A stretch of DNA of 58,814 nucleotides, filler included, from Bipalium vagum (lineage: Eukaryota), in assembly GCA_037834085.1 (NCBI GenBank). It is 3 parts of 3 records of this genome, joined end to end, with 100 filler letters (N's around TTAATTAATTAA, not from the genome) between each part and the next. Parts side by side here need not be neighbours in the genome. Positions count along the whole stretch, not along the records: positions 20,938 to 42,684 come from JBBMKC010232614.1; 2 more parts are not named here. One strand, 5' to 3'. The position numbers were made by a program, and so were the translations under genes. Of this stretch, positions 24,029 through 37,880 are shown piece by piece. Each line of letters starts with the position of its first letter. Position 1 is the first letter of the stretch. A model generated the notes under the pieces. The model was not told the DNA's origin and searched no databases. It saw only the letters and a list, made by a program, of their open reading frames with translations.

Positions 24029-24900
24029 CAATGAACTTCTATTAGTACGATATTGTCGGGATTTCCAAAAATCATCGTGATAAGCGATATATAGTATTAT
24101 CAAAAGTGCAATTATAATATGTTATATGTGTGCATAGGAAGAATAAGAAATAAATGAAACAATTGATTTTCAAACATTTATTAATTAAAAGTCCGTAATA
24201 TCTAGTTTGACTTGAAAAAGTTCGTTATTGACAGTTTTTTAGTACAGCGTTGTCTATTTAAGATTCCATCTTCAATTATATAACTTTGTGCCATTTCTAT
24301 ACTAAGGATTTTTTAAGGTATTGGCGAACAAAACTGACAGACACTAATGCTTTGTCACTAATATGTTCTTCCACATTGCAAGGTAAATTTTCATCTTCAA
24401 GAGAATCATCATCTTTTTGTCTTAAATTGATAATTTCCTCACAGATATCCAAATCTGTTATCATCGAGGTAGTAAGTTCTTCTTTATCACATAATCTTTT
24501 TCCTGTTTTATTATTTTAATTTTATTTATAAATTGATGTTTTAAATAATTTCTTTAGTTTTTTCTTTCTGATTTATCTATTTTTAATACTCTGATCTGTT
24601 TAAAATTGAATCTTTAATTCATTTTCCAAAATAAAAATCATAATAAAGTCCAACTCGTAAATTTATTTCTTTAGATTTTTGTTTAAGATTTTCCATTACT
24701 GCTTCTAATTTATTTACTTCTCACCTTGTTTTTTGAGTTTCTTTTGATTTGTGAATTGTTGATGCAATTCATGTATGTAAAGTTCCTAAGCTGTCTAAAT
24801 CTGCACAAATTGCGCTTAAAATTGAAAATATTTCCCCTTCGTGATTTATTTTGTTTTAATTGATTGTTAAAATTTTTGATAATATTTTTATACATTTGGA
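24029..24900 (-). mobile_element. Internally deleted pogo/Tigger-like remnant
   Basis: TA|CAATGAACTTCTATTAG terminus; acidic C-terminal segment ending KKLSITNFFKSN*. Confidence 0.6.
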
Positions 24901-26918
24901 TGAAATTAAATTTAAATAAATCTGATTAAATTTCCTTTATTAATGCATTTTATCAGAATTTATTTTAATATATTAATTAAAACAAAAAAGTAAGAAAATA
25001 CAATTTTATTATTAATTTTTTTAATTTACACATCGTTGTAAAGAATACTATCAATTCGACTTTAATCACATTACTTTTTAAATAAAGCTATTTTAAAGAT
25101 GTGACTTAAAAAATTTATAGAATTTATTTTAATATATTACAGAATAAAAGTAATTTTAGTTCTACTTTGTCTCATTATAGGTTTTCTTGAATTTTTAAAC
25201 TTAATAACCAATTTAACAAAACATATTCAACCGATTTTAATAAGGTTTTTGAGATGAAAGCGGATAGAATCAAGTATTTTATAAAACATATTTGTAATTT
25301 TAGAATGAATTTAAGCAAAACGTAAAATTGGTATTTGAAGTTCACTTAAAAAATTTTCATAAATTTATTAATTATTTTATAAATTAATTATTACATAATT
25401 TTTAAGTATTTAGACTTTTTATATTATAAATATTCCATCTAATTTTCGCTTGTTTATTTAATAGTTATTTTTTTCTTGACAATTTAGAGGCTTCTTTTTG
25501 AGATATTGCAATGATTCTATGAACTTAATCACTATAAAAATTAATTGTATTCGATAATAATTTTTACCATTTTTATTATCTTGTTCTGTACATTTTTGAA
25601 AAATCTGTTCTTTTTTTCATTATTTAATAGAAAAATGGAATATTCATTGGCTGGTGATGAGACTGACTCATATACAATGGAGTAGCGCAATCTCTATGGG
25701 ACACAAGAGAATTAGTTGAAAATTTTGAATTTAAAATTGTGGTGAAATTAAAAATAAAACAAAATTCCAAGACGAATTGATCAAACTGTAAAAAAACAAT
25801 TGACCGGATCAAAAGCGGTTGAACCTTCAATGATTGTTTGTTACGTTTATTTTTCCTTTAGTCGTTATCAAATAGATTTTTGATAATTTTTTTTCCTTTT
25901 TGCCCGCATAGGAAATTTATCAAAAGAAAAACAGTGGATTTAGAGGAAAATAATAGAACGCGAGCCCTGTATAAAAATAAAAATTGGTTAAAATACTTTT
26001 AAATATTATTGTATATTGTAAGAGTTTCACTTTTTCCTTAAAGATTTTAATTATGTATATTGAAAATATGCCATTTCTCCTACGATTACATATTTTTGTT
26101 GATATAAGAAACAGATATGTGACTTATGAAAATTTTAGAGTTCCTAAAGTTAACCACATGTATTGACTAAAATAAACATAATAATAAACAATAGGTTGTG
26201 ATAATCCTCGCAGTTGTAGTGTCTGTTCTTTAAAATAAAAATGAACGAAAAACACTTGATAATTAATAAATTGTTTAGAGAAGAGTCAGAAACTGAAAAA
26301 TCAAGTATAAACATTGAGAAATTAAATGTAATATTTTGATTTTCTAAAGAGATAATTTTTGGTACTACATTGATTTTTATTTTAAAAACTTGTGATATTC
26401 TATGACTTATAATTAAAGTAAAATATTAAATGCTTCCGACTGATAAAGAATAAATAAATAATTCGAAAAATTTTTCATAAATATATGGTTAATTTACATT
26501 TTTCAATGCATTTAAGTAAATAATGCAAATGATAAGTTTTTGTATTTTTTTATAATCCAAATGATAGTTTCAGTAAGTCATAATTAATTTACAATAAAAT
26601 AAAATAACACACTATTTAAAGATTTAAAAAATTACATATTAAGATAATTTTAAAAAACATAACAATCATTTTAGATAATGATTTTTATTAAATTTTCATG
26701 TTTATTAATAGTTAAACAATTTGTTTAACTGATTGAAATAAATAAACTCTAGTGTACAAGTTTTCAAAATATTATAATTTTCAGATGAATAATATAATAA
26801 AAATATAAGTATATTTAATTTGTTGTTTTTACTTTATAAATAAACTATACCTAGATATATAGTTCTAAAAAATATATATAATTTTTATCCTGATAATGAT
26901 ATTTAGCTTTAAGCAGAA

Positions 26919-27119
26919 ATGTCAACAAATTTATCCTGTTATCATGGATCAATATGTCGTGCGGATGCTGAGAGTATACTTGAAAAGATAAAAATAACGG
27001 GAGCCTTTCTAGTTCGGAATTCAGAGACATTTGTTGGTTCTTATACTTTGTGTTTATGGGCTGACAACGGATATCATCAATACCGAATCATTAATGATGG
27101 TGATGGAGTTTTTGTAAAG
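26919..27119 (+). CDS. Coding exon encoding most of an N-terminal SH2 domain (SAP/SHIP-like)
   Basis: YHGSICRADAESIL...GAFLVRNSE...SYTLCL...YRI contains the SH2 FLVR signature; ends at phase-0 donor AAG|GTTGGT after 67 codons; the C-terminal helix is missing, so a downstream exon is required. Confidence 0.85.
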
Positions 27120-28458
27120 GTTGGTCATTAAAATGATGATCAATATTTCCCTATATATTATTGGATACGGAAATTTAATTTTTATATCCTGTTTAATGAA
27201 AAATTATTACTTTAAGGTTATATTTAAGTGACATCTGCAGTTCAGATTAAAATAATTAACTATTGAATTGAGTATATGTTTAAACCGGTTTTTAATCTTA
27301 TCTAAAAATATGTCGTATTTTATTTAAGAAAATTTTATCAACATTTTTGACAGGTCTCAAAACGAAAAAGATTTATTAACTTCATAAAATACAGTTTAAA
27401 GTAATAGTAGAATATAACTTGTATATTATGATAATCATGCTATTGTCTAATAATAATTTCAAAAATAATAATATTTTTTGCAGTTCATTTAAAAAAAATA
27501 ATATTTGAAGAAATTTAAAATATTTTATTAAGTTTCATGGTGTTTTCCTAACATTTTCAAAGTTTCTATTTATTTTTTTATTGCGATTTAATTATTTATT
27601 ATTTGAAAAAGTTTTTAAATTCTATATTCCACCTCAATCTTAATTCGAAACAATGCCCATTGAATTAGTAGCATTCTTTCTCTTCGTGTAGCTCTCCACT
27701 TCCAAGCATTGAAACAAATAACGAAAATGATACTCTTTCTGATGAAACTTTGTTTTGTAGTAAATATTTTAATGATTACTTTTCAAACCATGGAATGTAC
27801 ATTGTAAATGTCATGTTATTTTTTAATTTTTTCTATTTTCGAAAAATATTATTACCAACTTATTTTAACGAAAGCTCAAAAAAACATCCAATAAGACAGG
27901 AAATCAAATGAATTTGAGAAAAGGTCTCCAGATTCTAGACTTCATAGGGTTACTTAAAATATTAGTTATTTGTAATAAATATTTTAGAAAAGATTTTGGG
28001 AAAAAGATGTAAACATCTTTTAGGAAGAATTTTGACAGGTTATTTTCAACCTTTGTCACGACACTTATGTGCAGCCCAATTTTTAAATTTTGTCGAATTT
28101 TATAATATATTATTTGTTTGAGTAATAAAAACCTTTTTATAAATATTGTAGATTTTTCAAAAAAAATTAATATTTTTCATCAGAAATATAATGAAGATTT
28201 CCTAAAATTTGGTTTTAATTCTACGAAATGAAAGTGGTTTTTCCATTTTCATTCCCAAATATAAAGCAGATTATAAAGGATCGGCATGCTCAAATTTCAC
28301 TTTAATTTGTAATTAACCATTTGATTAAGAAAACTTTGATTAAAAATATTTTGTAGCTCATTCAGTCTTTATTAAATAGACATTCTCCTTTATTTTTAAA
28401 ATTATCTTCGTTTACATTGAAAATTATTTTCATAAACTATTTTACAAAATAAGGTATA

Positions 28459-28882
28459 TAGAGGGTCTCTCAAAAAATTTATACACAGTTATAAATTTAT
28501 GTTCCAGTATTCTTTCTTCCTTTGTGGTACTTGTCGATATTCTCTATCTTCCAGAAAGGTTCTTGTTGGCATTATTCATAGCTTCATATTTTTCGTATTT
28601 ATCCTTTATTAAACTGATTGTTAGTCTTGTTGGAGGATCTATCTGAAATTTTTTCTTAAACAGAGTCTGTATCTCTTTTATGTTTTCAAACATGAAGTAA
28701 TTTTTGATAATAAATTTTCGCTGTTCAAAGGTCAACTTACCTTTAAATTAATAGGTTTAAAATAGCAGTAATTTCTTACCAGTTATTGGAGTATTTAAAC
28801 AAACTATAAAACAAGTAATAAGGACTTATAATTACTTAACGATTATATTTAGAGTGTATATACATTTTTGAGACACCCCATG
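28459..28882 (-). mobile_element. Non-autonomous Tc1/mariner-superfamily element (rosa-like HTH)
   Basis: TA-flanked TIRs (TAGAGGGTCTCTCAAAAA / rc CATGGGGTGTCTCAAAAA); retains only the HTH TFEQRKFIIKNYF..FKKKF..PPTRLTI..SGR. Confidence 0.75.
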
Positions 28883-31468
28883 TATAGATAAAAGTCTTTT
28901 AAGTGTATTTTATTGTTAGTGTGCCTCGACAAGAAAAAGTTTGAGAATCACAGATTTGGAAAATATTACTTTGGTTAAATAAATAATAGTAAATATAATG
29001 TTATTAAGTAATATAATTTTTAAAATCTTTATATATATTTAAAATGTCCTTTATTTTTCTTGTTTGATTACAAAGATAATGATGATTATATTTTCGGACA
29101 AAGTAATTCATTGTACATTCTAATTTAATTTTTAATAACCTTTCTAAATTGTAATTACTGCTTCTTTATTTATTTATAATTATTTTAATTTACGCTTTCA
29201 AAGGATTAGACATTTACATAAAATACTGTGAATTTCAAAAAATATTAAATTAATTTTTTATTCATAATTTGTACCTTATTTTGTATATAGTACAAAAATG
29301 TAAACAATGTAACTTTATAGAATTCGGTCTTTAAAATGTCTATTTTTATAAAAAGTAAGGAATTTAACATAAATTTAGTTTACCAATTTTTAAATAAACA
29401 TTTTTAAAATGATATTATAAAATTAAAAAAATATGTATTTTTCTTAGGGTTTAAATAATTCAAATAGAAAAATAAATAAATAAATAAATAGACAAATCAA
29501 AAAATTAATGAATAGAAAAACCAAAAATATTAATTTTAAAGAAAATATATATTCTCTGTGTTAATTTAGGAAATATCCTCAGATATATTTAGTGATTGTA
29601 TTAACTATTAAAGTAAAAAAAATATTTTTTAATTACTTCTTGAAAGAAGTTATGATTTTCCGACAAATGTTTGACTAAGAAATATTAAAATTATCTTATT
29701 AACACTCGGATTCTTTAGGATTGAAAGTGAATGTAAAATATAACTTTCCCCTTCTAGGCTTTCAAGAGGCTAAAGAGGTTTTTTCTTCATGAATTGATTT
29801 TTCTATCAATTGTCTGTTTATAAATCTGATATTCATTTGTCTTAAGTGTAAAGTTAAAAATTAAAAAAAATTTAAGATGATTTATTTAATTAATTATTGT
29901 CATCGGAGATTAAAACATTAAAACAACAGTAAAAGTATATTAAAATATTTTTAGGTATTTTTACAATAAGTACAGTACAATGATAAATAACAATTCCAAA
30001 GTATTTCTTAAAAAATAAAAAGTTTATGTTAATTTTTTTATTTTGAGCAATAAATTTTAGAATTCTTAGAGGAGATATTTTTCTGATATTTTTCATAATA
30101 GAATTTTGATACATGAAAATATTTTATTTAAAATTGTACGTCCACTTGTTTAAAACCATCTCTTTACATGTTTTACTTCGCTAAACCAGAAAGGAAGTAA
30201 TTTTTTGTTTTAGTTGATTGTACTGGCTATCGTAAATTAACTTTAGGGAGAGCGATCAGTTTTTTATAAAGTAATTTTGCTAAATGGGAAGAAAGATTCT
30301 ATAATGTACTATTTACCATATGTTATGTCTAAATTATTGAAAAGGAAATATAAACGTAGATGTAGCATACATTTTTTACTGGCCGATGTTTTTCAAAGTA
30401 ACAAGAAAATATAAAAATCAATTAGTATAACAGCGTAATCATAAAATGGTAATAATTGTGTTATATATAATAAAAAGTAATACAACATTTTTTCCACCTA
30501 CAGACATATTTGAATTTTATTCTTAAAAAATTATTAATATTATAGAACAAAATTATAATTTTTATATATAAAATATTTGGAAAATAAATATATTTTAGTC
30601 ATATTGTTTGTCAATTTAAGTATGACTTTAATTATTTATATATAGGGGAAATTTAAAACATATACTCTTTTTATTTAATTAATTATCAAAAATAAAGATA
30701 TAATATAATATATTGATTTTGTCATTGGTATTATAATAAGTATTTTTTTTTCTATTTTTTAATTAAATTTTTTTCATTTCTGTTTTATTTGTTAAATGAA
30801 GACATTTCTTTTACCTTAGGTTCTTAATAAATCGAGGACCATAATAAGAATATTTTGAAAACCAGTGAAAAACGAAGTTTTCAATAAATTCTTAGATTAA
30901 TAAAAGTTGATTTATGTTATTAATTTAGTTTTCCTTTTACTTTTGTTTTTTTCAAAAGCATATCTTATATCCTTGAATAAGTTTGATAATCCCTAGTTGT
31001 AAAAATTTTTAGTTATAAGTGGAATTATTTTATTTTATTTTATTTTCTAATCAATCTTAGATAATTTGACATGAAAGAATTAGAAAAATCAAATTTTCGT
31101 TAAAAAATTGAAAGGTTTGTCACTAATCCTCTAAGAAATTCAAAGGCAATTAATCTGTCGTAAAAATAGTTTTTCTTAATTGTTTCTTCTAGATTTCTTT
31201 CATTTTATAAAGTTGTAGATAACAGTATTGATATATTTAAAAAATTTGTTTCCTACAATTAGTAATTATTATAAAAAGGGTTAATATTTTGTATAACAGT
31301 AAAAAGAAATTCTTTGTGAAATAATCGTTTGTCGATAATTTTATTTTTCTTTATAATATACTTATAACAATAACAATAAAAATAATAAAAATATTGATTA
31401 TTACTATTATTTTCGTTCGTAATGTAATAATATATCTCAATCTAATTTCTTTCAATAACACTACCCTA

Positions 31469-31987
31469 CATTTGTAAAACGTTTTTGTATCGGAGACGGC
31501 ATTATGATAATATAGTGTATTTTTTGCAGCTGATTATGAATTTGAATTCCTTTTTCCTGTAGGACATTTGGTTCAGGCAAAAGTAGTAGTCTGCTGAATG
31601 ATTAGTAGGAACTCTCCAGATCAGCAGCAATTCAAACGGCATACATTTTCTTTTCACAAAATACCATCCTGTCAACAAGGTAGAATACAATATGCGAATT
31701 ATGTGAGGCACTCAGGTATTATCCTGCTCTCTCACCTTAAATACAAAATAAATGTTAAAATATATCTAATATCGCTCGTAAGCCTTTTTCCTTGTCTGCT
31801 GTTGCGAAAGAACCACAAACATAACAGAAAATGTTAGGTTTATTCTTGCAGTTTCTTGGCATTATTAATAAGTGCTCATTTATCTAGATATGCCTCGATT
31901 ATAATTTATATACCAATATTTATGATTTTAAAAGTAATTTCAGAAACATATAGATGTATCTCCGATACAAAATGCTGTTGACCAGTG
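31469..31987 (-). mobile_element. Internally deleted DNA transposon, probably Chapaev3/CMC-like
   Basis: CACTG terminus and inverted TTTTGTATCGGAGA repeats; MPRNCKNKPNIFCYVCG...EQDNT*VPHII...MPF..IWRVPTNHSADYYFC Cys-rich N-terminus. The superfamily label is from memory of this motif. Confidence 0.65.
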
Positions 31988-33999
31988 TACTTTGAATATT
32001 GTGTATACCAGTGTAATTTTACTTCCCTAGGATTCCTATCTGGTTGTTAGTAAAATATATACCATATTCATCATTTCAGAGGATTTGACTACCTTCGCAA
32101 GATAGAGTATTTTGTATAAATCTATTACTGGTTGTCATTTTCCCTTATTTATTGTCAAGATGATTTTCGCCCATTGAAAAAAACAAATAATATTGATCTT
32201 ATGTATATTTCATGTCAATCACTTGATCATTATACTAATAGAGAAACAGAACAATATTTCAAAAGTAAATAAGCTTTCCACAATGAGATTAATTTCCATA
32301 GAATGATGAATTTATAATTAGGCAGCGATATAAATTACATAAAAATTCAACTTGATTTATAGACTTGTAGATCTGCATAAATTATATATTGACGAGGCAG
32401 TGGAATTTCTAGGTGATCCATTTTATTATAACTTTTCTCACGGAATATTTTCTGACCAGATCTTGCCAAAGCCACATGTCGTTCAACACTTTTGGTATAT
32501 ATACCCCGTTTACATGAGCAAATTGCTATTTTGTATAAAGATTTTATCCCATTTCACTTTTCCACGGGAAGCTTTATTTGATTTATTTCAGAACATTATA
32601 GTAATACTTTGACAATTCGAAAGAAACAACGTATTTAATTAAATCAATTTTATATTTCTTTTTCACAAATAGTCTTCTTTTATTGAATATTTATCGATTC
32701 GCAGTATACCATAGTACTATTGTAAATTGCCAGTAAGAATTGTTATCCGTTAGAAAATTGTTGTTCTCTTTAGAAAAATTATTTTAAAAGTGAATGAAAA
32801 TTGAAGAGAAATATTTAAGATATCGTTTTTGGAAAAAAAAATTTCCAAATATTTTGGAATGAGAAAACGTTTTTGCGAGCTTTAATATTAATTGTAAAAA
32901 GAAAAATTTCATAATCGTAAAATAAAATTGTTTTAGAAATTTTTGAAAAATATGAAATTTATTAATTCAAACAATTATATATTTTTCACTTTTAAATGTT
33001 ATTTGTTCACGTCTAATAGAAAAAATTTAATTATTATTGATTGTGGTAAATTATTTTCATTTCTTAATTGAAAATTTTCCAATTATATTAATTATTAAAT
33101 TTATCGAATGAATTAAAATTGTAAAAAGCAAAAATGAAAACTTCAACCTCTTTCCAAAAACGAAAAATAGTTCGATTTTATGCTAAAATGTATTTCTGTT
33201 TGTAGAATATTTGTTTTACACAGCAGGAATTGTAGAATAAATAATAAGCAAACATTCCAGCAGAACATTATTGCATATTTGTTTACATTAATAACGTATT
33301 TAATTGTGATTTGTTGAACATTTTATTATTTAGCTTCAATTGTAATGTATTATAACAATTGTCACGTAAACTTATAATTTATTTAATAATAATAATTTAT
33401 TTATAATTAATTTATTATTATTGTTTTTCTTAATTAATTTATTTATAATAAAAATTTTTGGATAATATTAATTTTTATTTATCATTGATTATTAATAATT
33501 TAACTCATGTGAAACGTGTGTTAAAATAACTATTAATAATTATAATAACCATTTAATTTTCCAACAATGCAATATATATTCTTTTAATATTGTTATATTT
33601 ATAATAATTTTTATTTACATTTCTTTTTGGAACTAGGAAAAATGAGAAATTACGATATTTTTTTATTATAATTATCAAATGGACTTTGAAAGAGGATTGA
33701 AATCTGAACTGCCATGTTCGATCTATGTGCCTTTGAAAAAGAATTTGAAAATACATTGAATTTAATTTTTGCTTATATTAATGCTGTTTATTAATAAAAT
33801 AATATTCAGGATTTATTAAATTATAAAAGGATTTTTTTATATGGAAACGATTTTATAAATGTAAGAATTTAAACCATGTCTACTGATATATAATTATTGG
33901 CTTGTTAAGTTCTAAAGAGAACTAATATATTTTGTTAATAAACCAATTTAAAAATTATTTTGAACAAAATATTGAATTGCCTACGGTCTCTCAACCATC

Positions 34000-34570
34000 A
34001 TTGCCACCAATCTTCAATAATTAGTAAAGAAGGGCCATAGTCCTTTCTTTATTGAATGAAAGCAACAAACAGAACAGATTCAAGAAAGAAAATGTTTTAA
34101 AGATAATTTTGACAGGTGATGAAAAGTGGGTGTGGTACCTTAATATTAAACTGGCCAGAAGCCAATGTCTACTGCTAAAGTAATACTTCATCTCCACCGG
34201 ATAATGATGTCTGTTTAATGGGATTATCAATGTGTAATATATTTCTAGTTATTGTCAGCAAACATCACTGTGAAAAATTAGAAAAGTTAGAAGCTGAATT
34301 GAAAAATGAAAGACCAAGACTGATCAATAGGAAGAATGTTATTATCCAACATGAAAATGCTCGACCACATGCTTCAAAAGTGACACTGACAAAAATTAAA
34401 GATTTAGAATGGGAATTTCTTTCTCATCCTAGATACTTACCTGAAATAGTCTCTTCAGATTATCACTTGCTTATGTCTCTACAAATTTACTTAAGTGGTA
34501 GACAATACTCAACAGAGCCACTCTGGACATTATTTTACATCCAAGTGTTCCACTTTTTATGAAGATGAGA
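34000..34570 (+). mobile_element. mariner remnant
   Basis: ILTGDEKWVWY; RPRLINRKNVIIQHENARPHAS..LEWEFLSHPRYLPEIVSSDYHLL. Confidence 0.85.
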
Positions 34571-37409
34571 TAATGATTTTATCTTTTTCCGAAATAATGG
34601 AAATTAATTTGATTAAAGTTGTCACTCTTCCTTTGGCCTAAATCGATTTGAATAAAATGTATTACTTGGCTCTTGAACTTTGCAAGCTAATATTTTGAAA
34701 TAAGTGAGATATTCAAGAAATAATTTTATGTTAGAACTTGAACCTCTTAACGCGGTGGCCATACTATTAGGTGAAATAGTTGAAAGACAATTTCCGGAAT
34801 CATCTTAAAATTCCAAAGGTATGTTGGTGTGTGAAGTAAATCAAGACGCAGAAAAATGACCTATGCGATGATCAATAAAGACTTGGTTGAAGACTGAAAT
34901 AATGTCATCGGCAAACGTATTGTAAATATTTAGCGAAGGTTTGCTGGAAAATTTCAGGAAAATGAGTATAAATTCATAATGAATTTAAAAACAATGTTGA
35001 AGAAGCAACTGAGAATCTCTATAAAAAGGTTTTATTATACCTCTTTGAAGTATAATATCAATATTTGCGTGAAAGAAAGAAAAGCAAGACATTCGGTTAT
35101 GCCATGATATCCGACAGTGGTTATTGGTTACTGAGAGACAAGCTTTTTCGATGTCAAATGTCTGAGAAATGTTAGACATTGTAAATGGTAAGTTACAGAC
35201 AAAGATAGGTTTTACGAAAAAATACGTAAAATACCTTTTGGAATTGAAGAGATAATAAATAATTTTCAAAAGGGTTTCAATGATGAAAACCGTTTGAAAG
35301 ATAGAAAGAACAGCATCAAGAACATTGTTTTCTTTACCTCTTCACATTTTATTTTTATTATTTCTTTAAAATTGAACTTTATTCAAGTAAGTCATTTTAT
35401 AAATTCGCAAGGTAGAATAGTAACAATCCCGACGTTGTCCCTTACGAATATGGAATAATTTTAGTTTTCTGGAAATTGTAAAGTAAGAGAGGGGTAGAAC
35501 TTTCGTGTTTGGTAATTTTTCCTATTCCATTTGTCATTTTTCCCTCATTTACATTGTTTGATTTCATAAAACTTGGTAACTTGCACAAATTTGTTTAAAT
35601 TCATTGATTAAATGAAAGTCGATTATAAAAATATGGGAGAAGAAAATTTTTGAATAGGAAAAGATTATTGCTGTCTATAAAATTGAAAGTTTATTTATAA
35701 ATAATATACAATAATAATGAGTTGTAATTATTGTGTATGTATTGTAAATTTTCAAGTTGGCTTCAATAGTCAAGAAATTAACAAATTGAGGTATTCATTT
35801 TGTTTAAGACTAAAGAATTAAAACAATTGAACAAGCCTTTTCCCAGCTCAATTACCCAGGCTTGAGAATGTCATTATAAATAAATAGGGCCATTGAAAAA
35901 AGATTTTCTTTTTCACTTGAAATATCATTCTCATAGCTTTATTTTTGCTTGTTTTTAAATAAAAAAAAAAAAAAAAATCGGCAAGACTCACGCTTCTCTA
36001 ATATAAGATGGAAAAGAGAAAACATCAAAGATAAAAGTAAAATAATTAGCCAGTGAGGATTCTAATATTCCGTGAAATAATAAAGAATGAACTGATCAAA
36101 AGATAAATGTAAAACTGAGTCGCAATCGGTGATATTAACGATGAATCTGTGACATTTGTATAATTATATTTTAAAGTTTTTTCACATAAAAAGGTTCGAA
36201 AAATTCCTATATGTCGATTCAACATATCTAGTTCGAACCCCGGATGATCGACTAAAACAATTCTCTGAAAATAAATTTTTCAAAGAAATTACTTTTGAAG
36301 GATCTTGAAAGCGTTATACTAGATAAAAAACTGTATAACTATTTTCTGAAACTAATGGTAACCATAAAGTAAATATAACTGTAAAAATATATAAAATTAA
36401 TTATTAAGTTCTATAAATACATTCAATTTAAGAACAAGCATGATCAAAAGTTATAATTAAAGATCATATTTGACAATTTTCACTTAATGCTTATTTTTAA
36501 TACATATCCAAATAATAATGGAGCTGAAATTAGTTCAAGATTAAATCGATGATGCAAACGTATTTTCTGTTGCATTTATTATTATTTGATATATTAGCAG
36601 AATAAAAGCACTTTAACAATTAATGATTCCCCTATGATAGTAGCTCGTTAAGTTCCTTTGGCATACATTTGGTTGGTTGTGGCTTCCAGGAATCCAAGTA
36701 TTACCTCAGAAAGATATTCTAATTAGCTAGAGTATTTAGATGAGATGGTGAAATGAAAGAGGCGTCGTATTTGCTTGGAGCTGGCCTTGATAAGATTAAG
36801 TTTCCAAAATATTGTGCGGCTTAACAATGCCTAGATAGCTAAAAAACCACAACTATTTTCATCTGAATATTTTGGAGTATCTTATAATGTTATTAATATT
36901 ACTGTGATTTAATAATATCGGCCTATAGCTGGTTGGTCATGTAAAACAGTTATTTTTGCTGAATTTATTTATTTTAAATGTGAAATATTTTTTTTGCTTT
37001 CAACCTAAATTGAGACAGCAACAATTCATAGATTGCTTGAAATTGACATTCGATGGTTATGCACAATCGAAGACTAGGTAATTTATGATGTAAGAAATTT
37101 GCTTCCTTCGTCAACGAGTCAAGATTAATCTGCCGATCTACGTTTGCTATGATAAGAAACTTGACTCTGCTAAAAAAATTATTCTAGAAGATTGTCACTG
37201 AATATTTCTTAGATCTCGATATATTAAATATACGGTGTTTTATATAAGTAATAGAACTTTTGATTTAAATTATATACTAAAAGTTGCATTTGTTTAAACT
37301 AATCTTTAATTTAAAATTATATAATTCATAGTTAAAAATCATTCGGATAACAGGTTTCGATCCTGCCTTCACTTAAATAAAGGTATATATCATGCTTGTC
37401 ATATATTTA

Positions 37410-37880
37410 CAGTGGAACAAAGAACAAATAATAAATTTTCTTTTAAAATCGGAAAAAATCACAGACATGAATTACTGCAAACAGTTTATTATGATGATTG
37501 TCTATCTCTTACACAGGTTTATACATGGTTTACATTATTTAAAAATTGTCGTGATGATTGAAATGACAATGAAAAACCTGGTCGTTCGGATGCTGAAAAT
37601 CGTCTACGTTTGGTGGAAAAAGTACGTGAAATCAATGCTTCTGGTGGTAAAATGACTGTGAGAATGTTAGCAGAAAAATTAAATACAGCTGTCTTTACCA
37701 TTTGGATAATTTTTACGAAAGTCTTATGCCAAGTTTGTTTCCCATGCATTAAATGAATACAAAAAAGCTGCTGGTGTTGAATATTGTAAAGAACATTGTT
37801 GTAAACAATCCAGATTATATTGATTGAGTTATAACTGGAGGTTAGACGTGGTATTTCAAATATGATCTAGAAATTCGATC
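37410..37880 (+). mobile_element. mariner remnant (5' half)
   Basis: YELLQTVY..QVYTWF..KPGRS..VEKVREI..MTVRMLAEKLN; VITGG*TWYFKYD. Confidence 0.75.

Noticed and set aside
36225-36246. GTTCGAACCCCGG B-box-like word (also near 37350)
   Set aside because: No A box or cloverleaf context.
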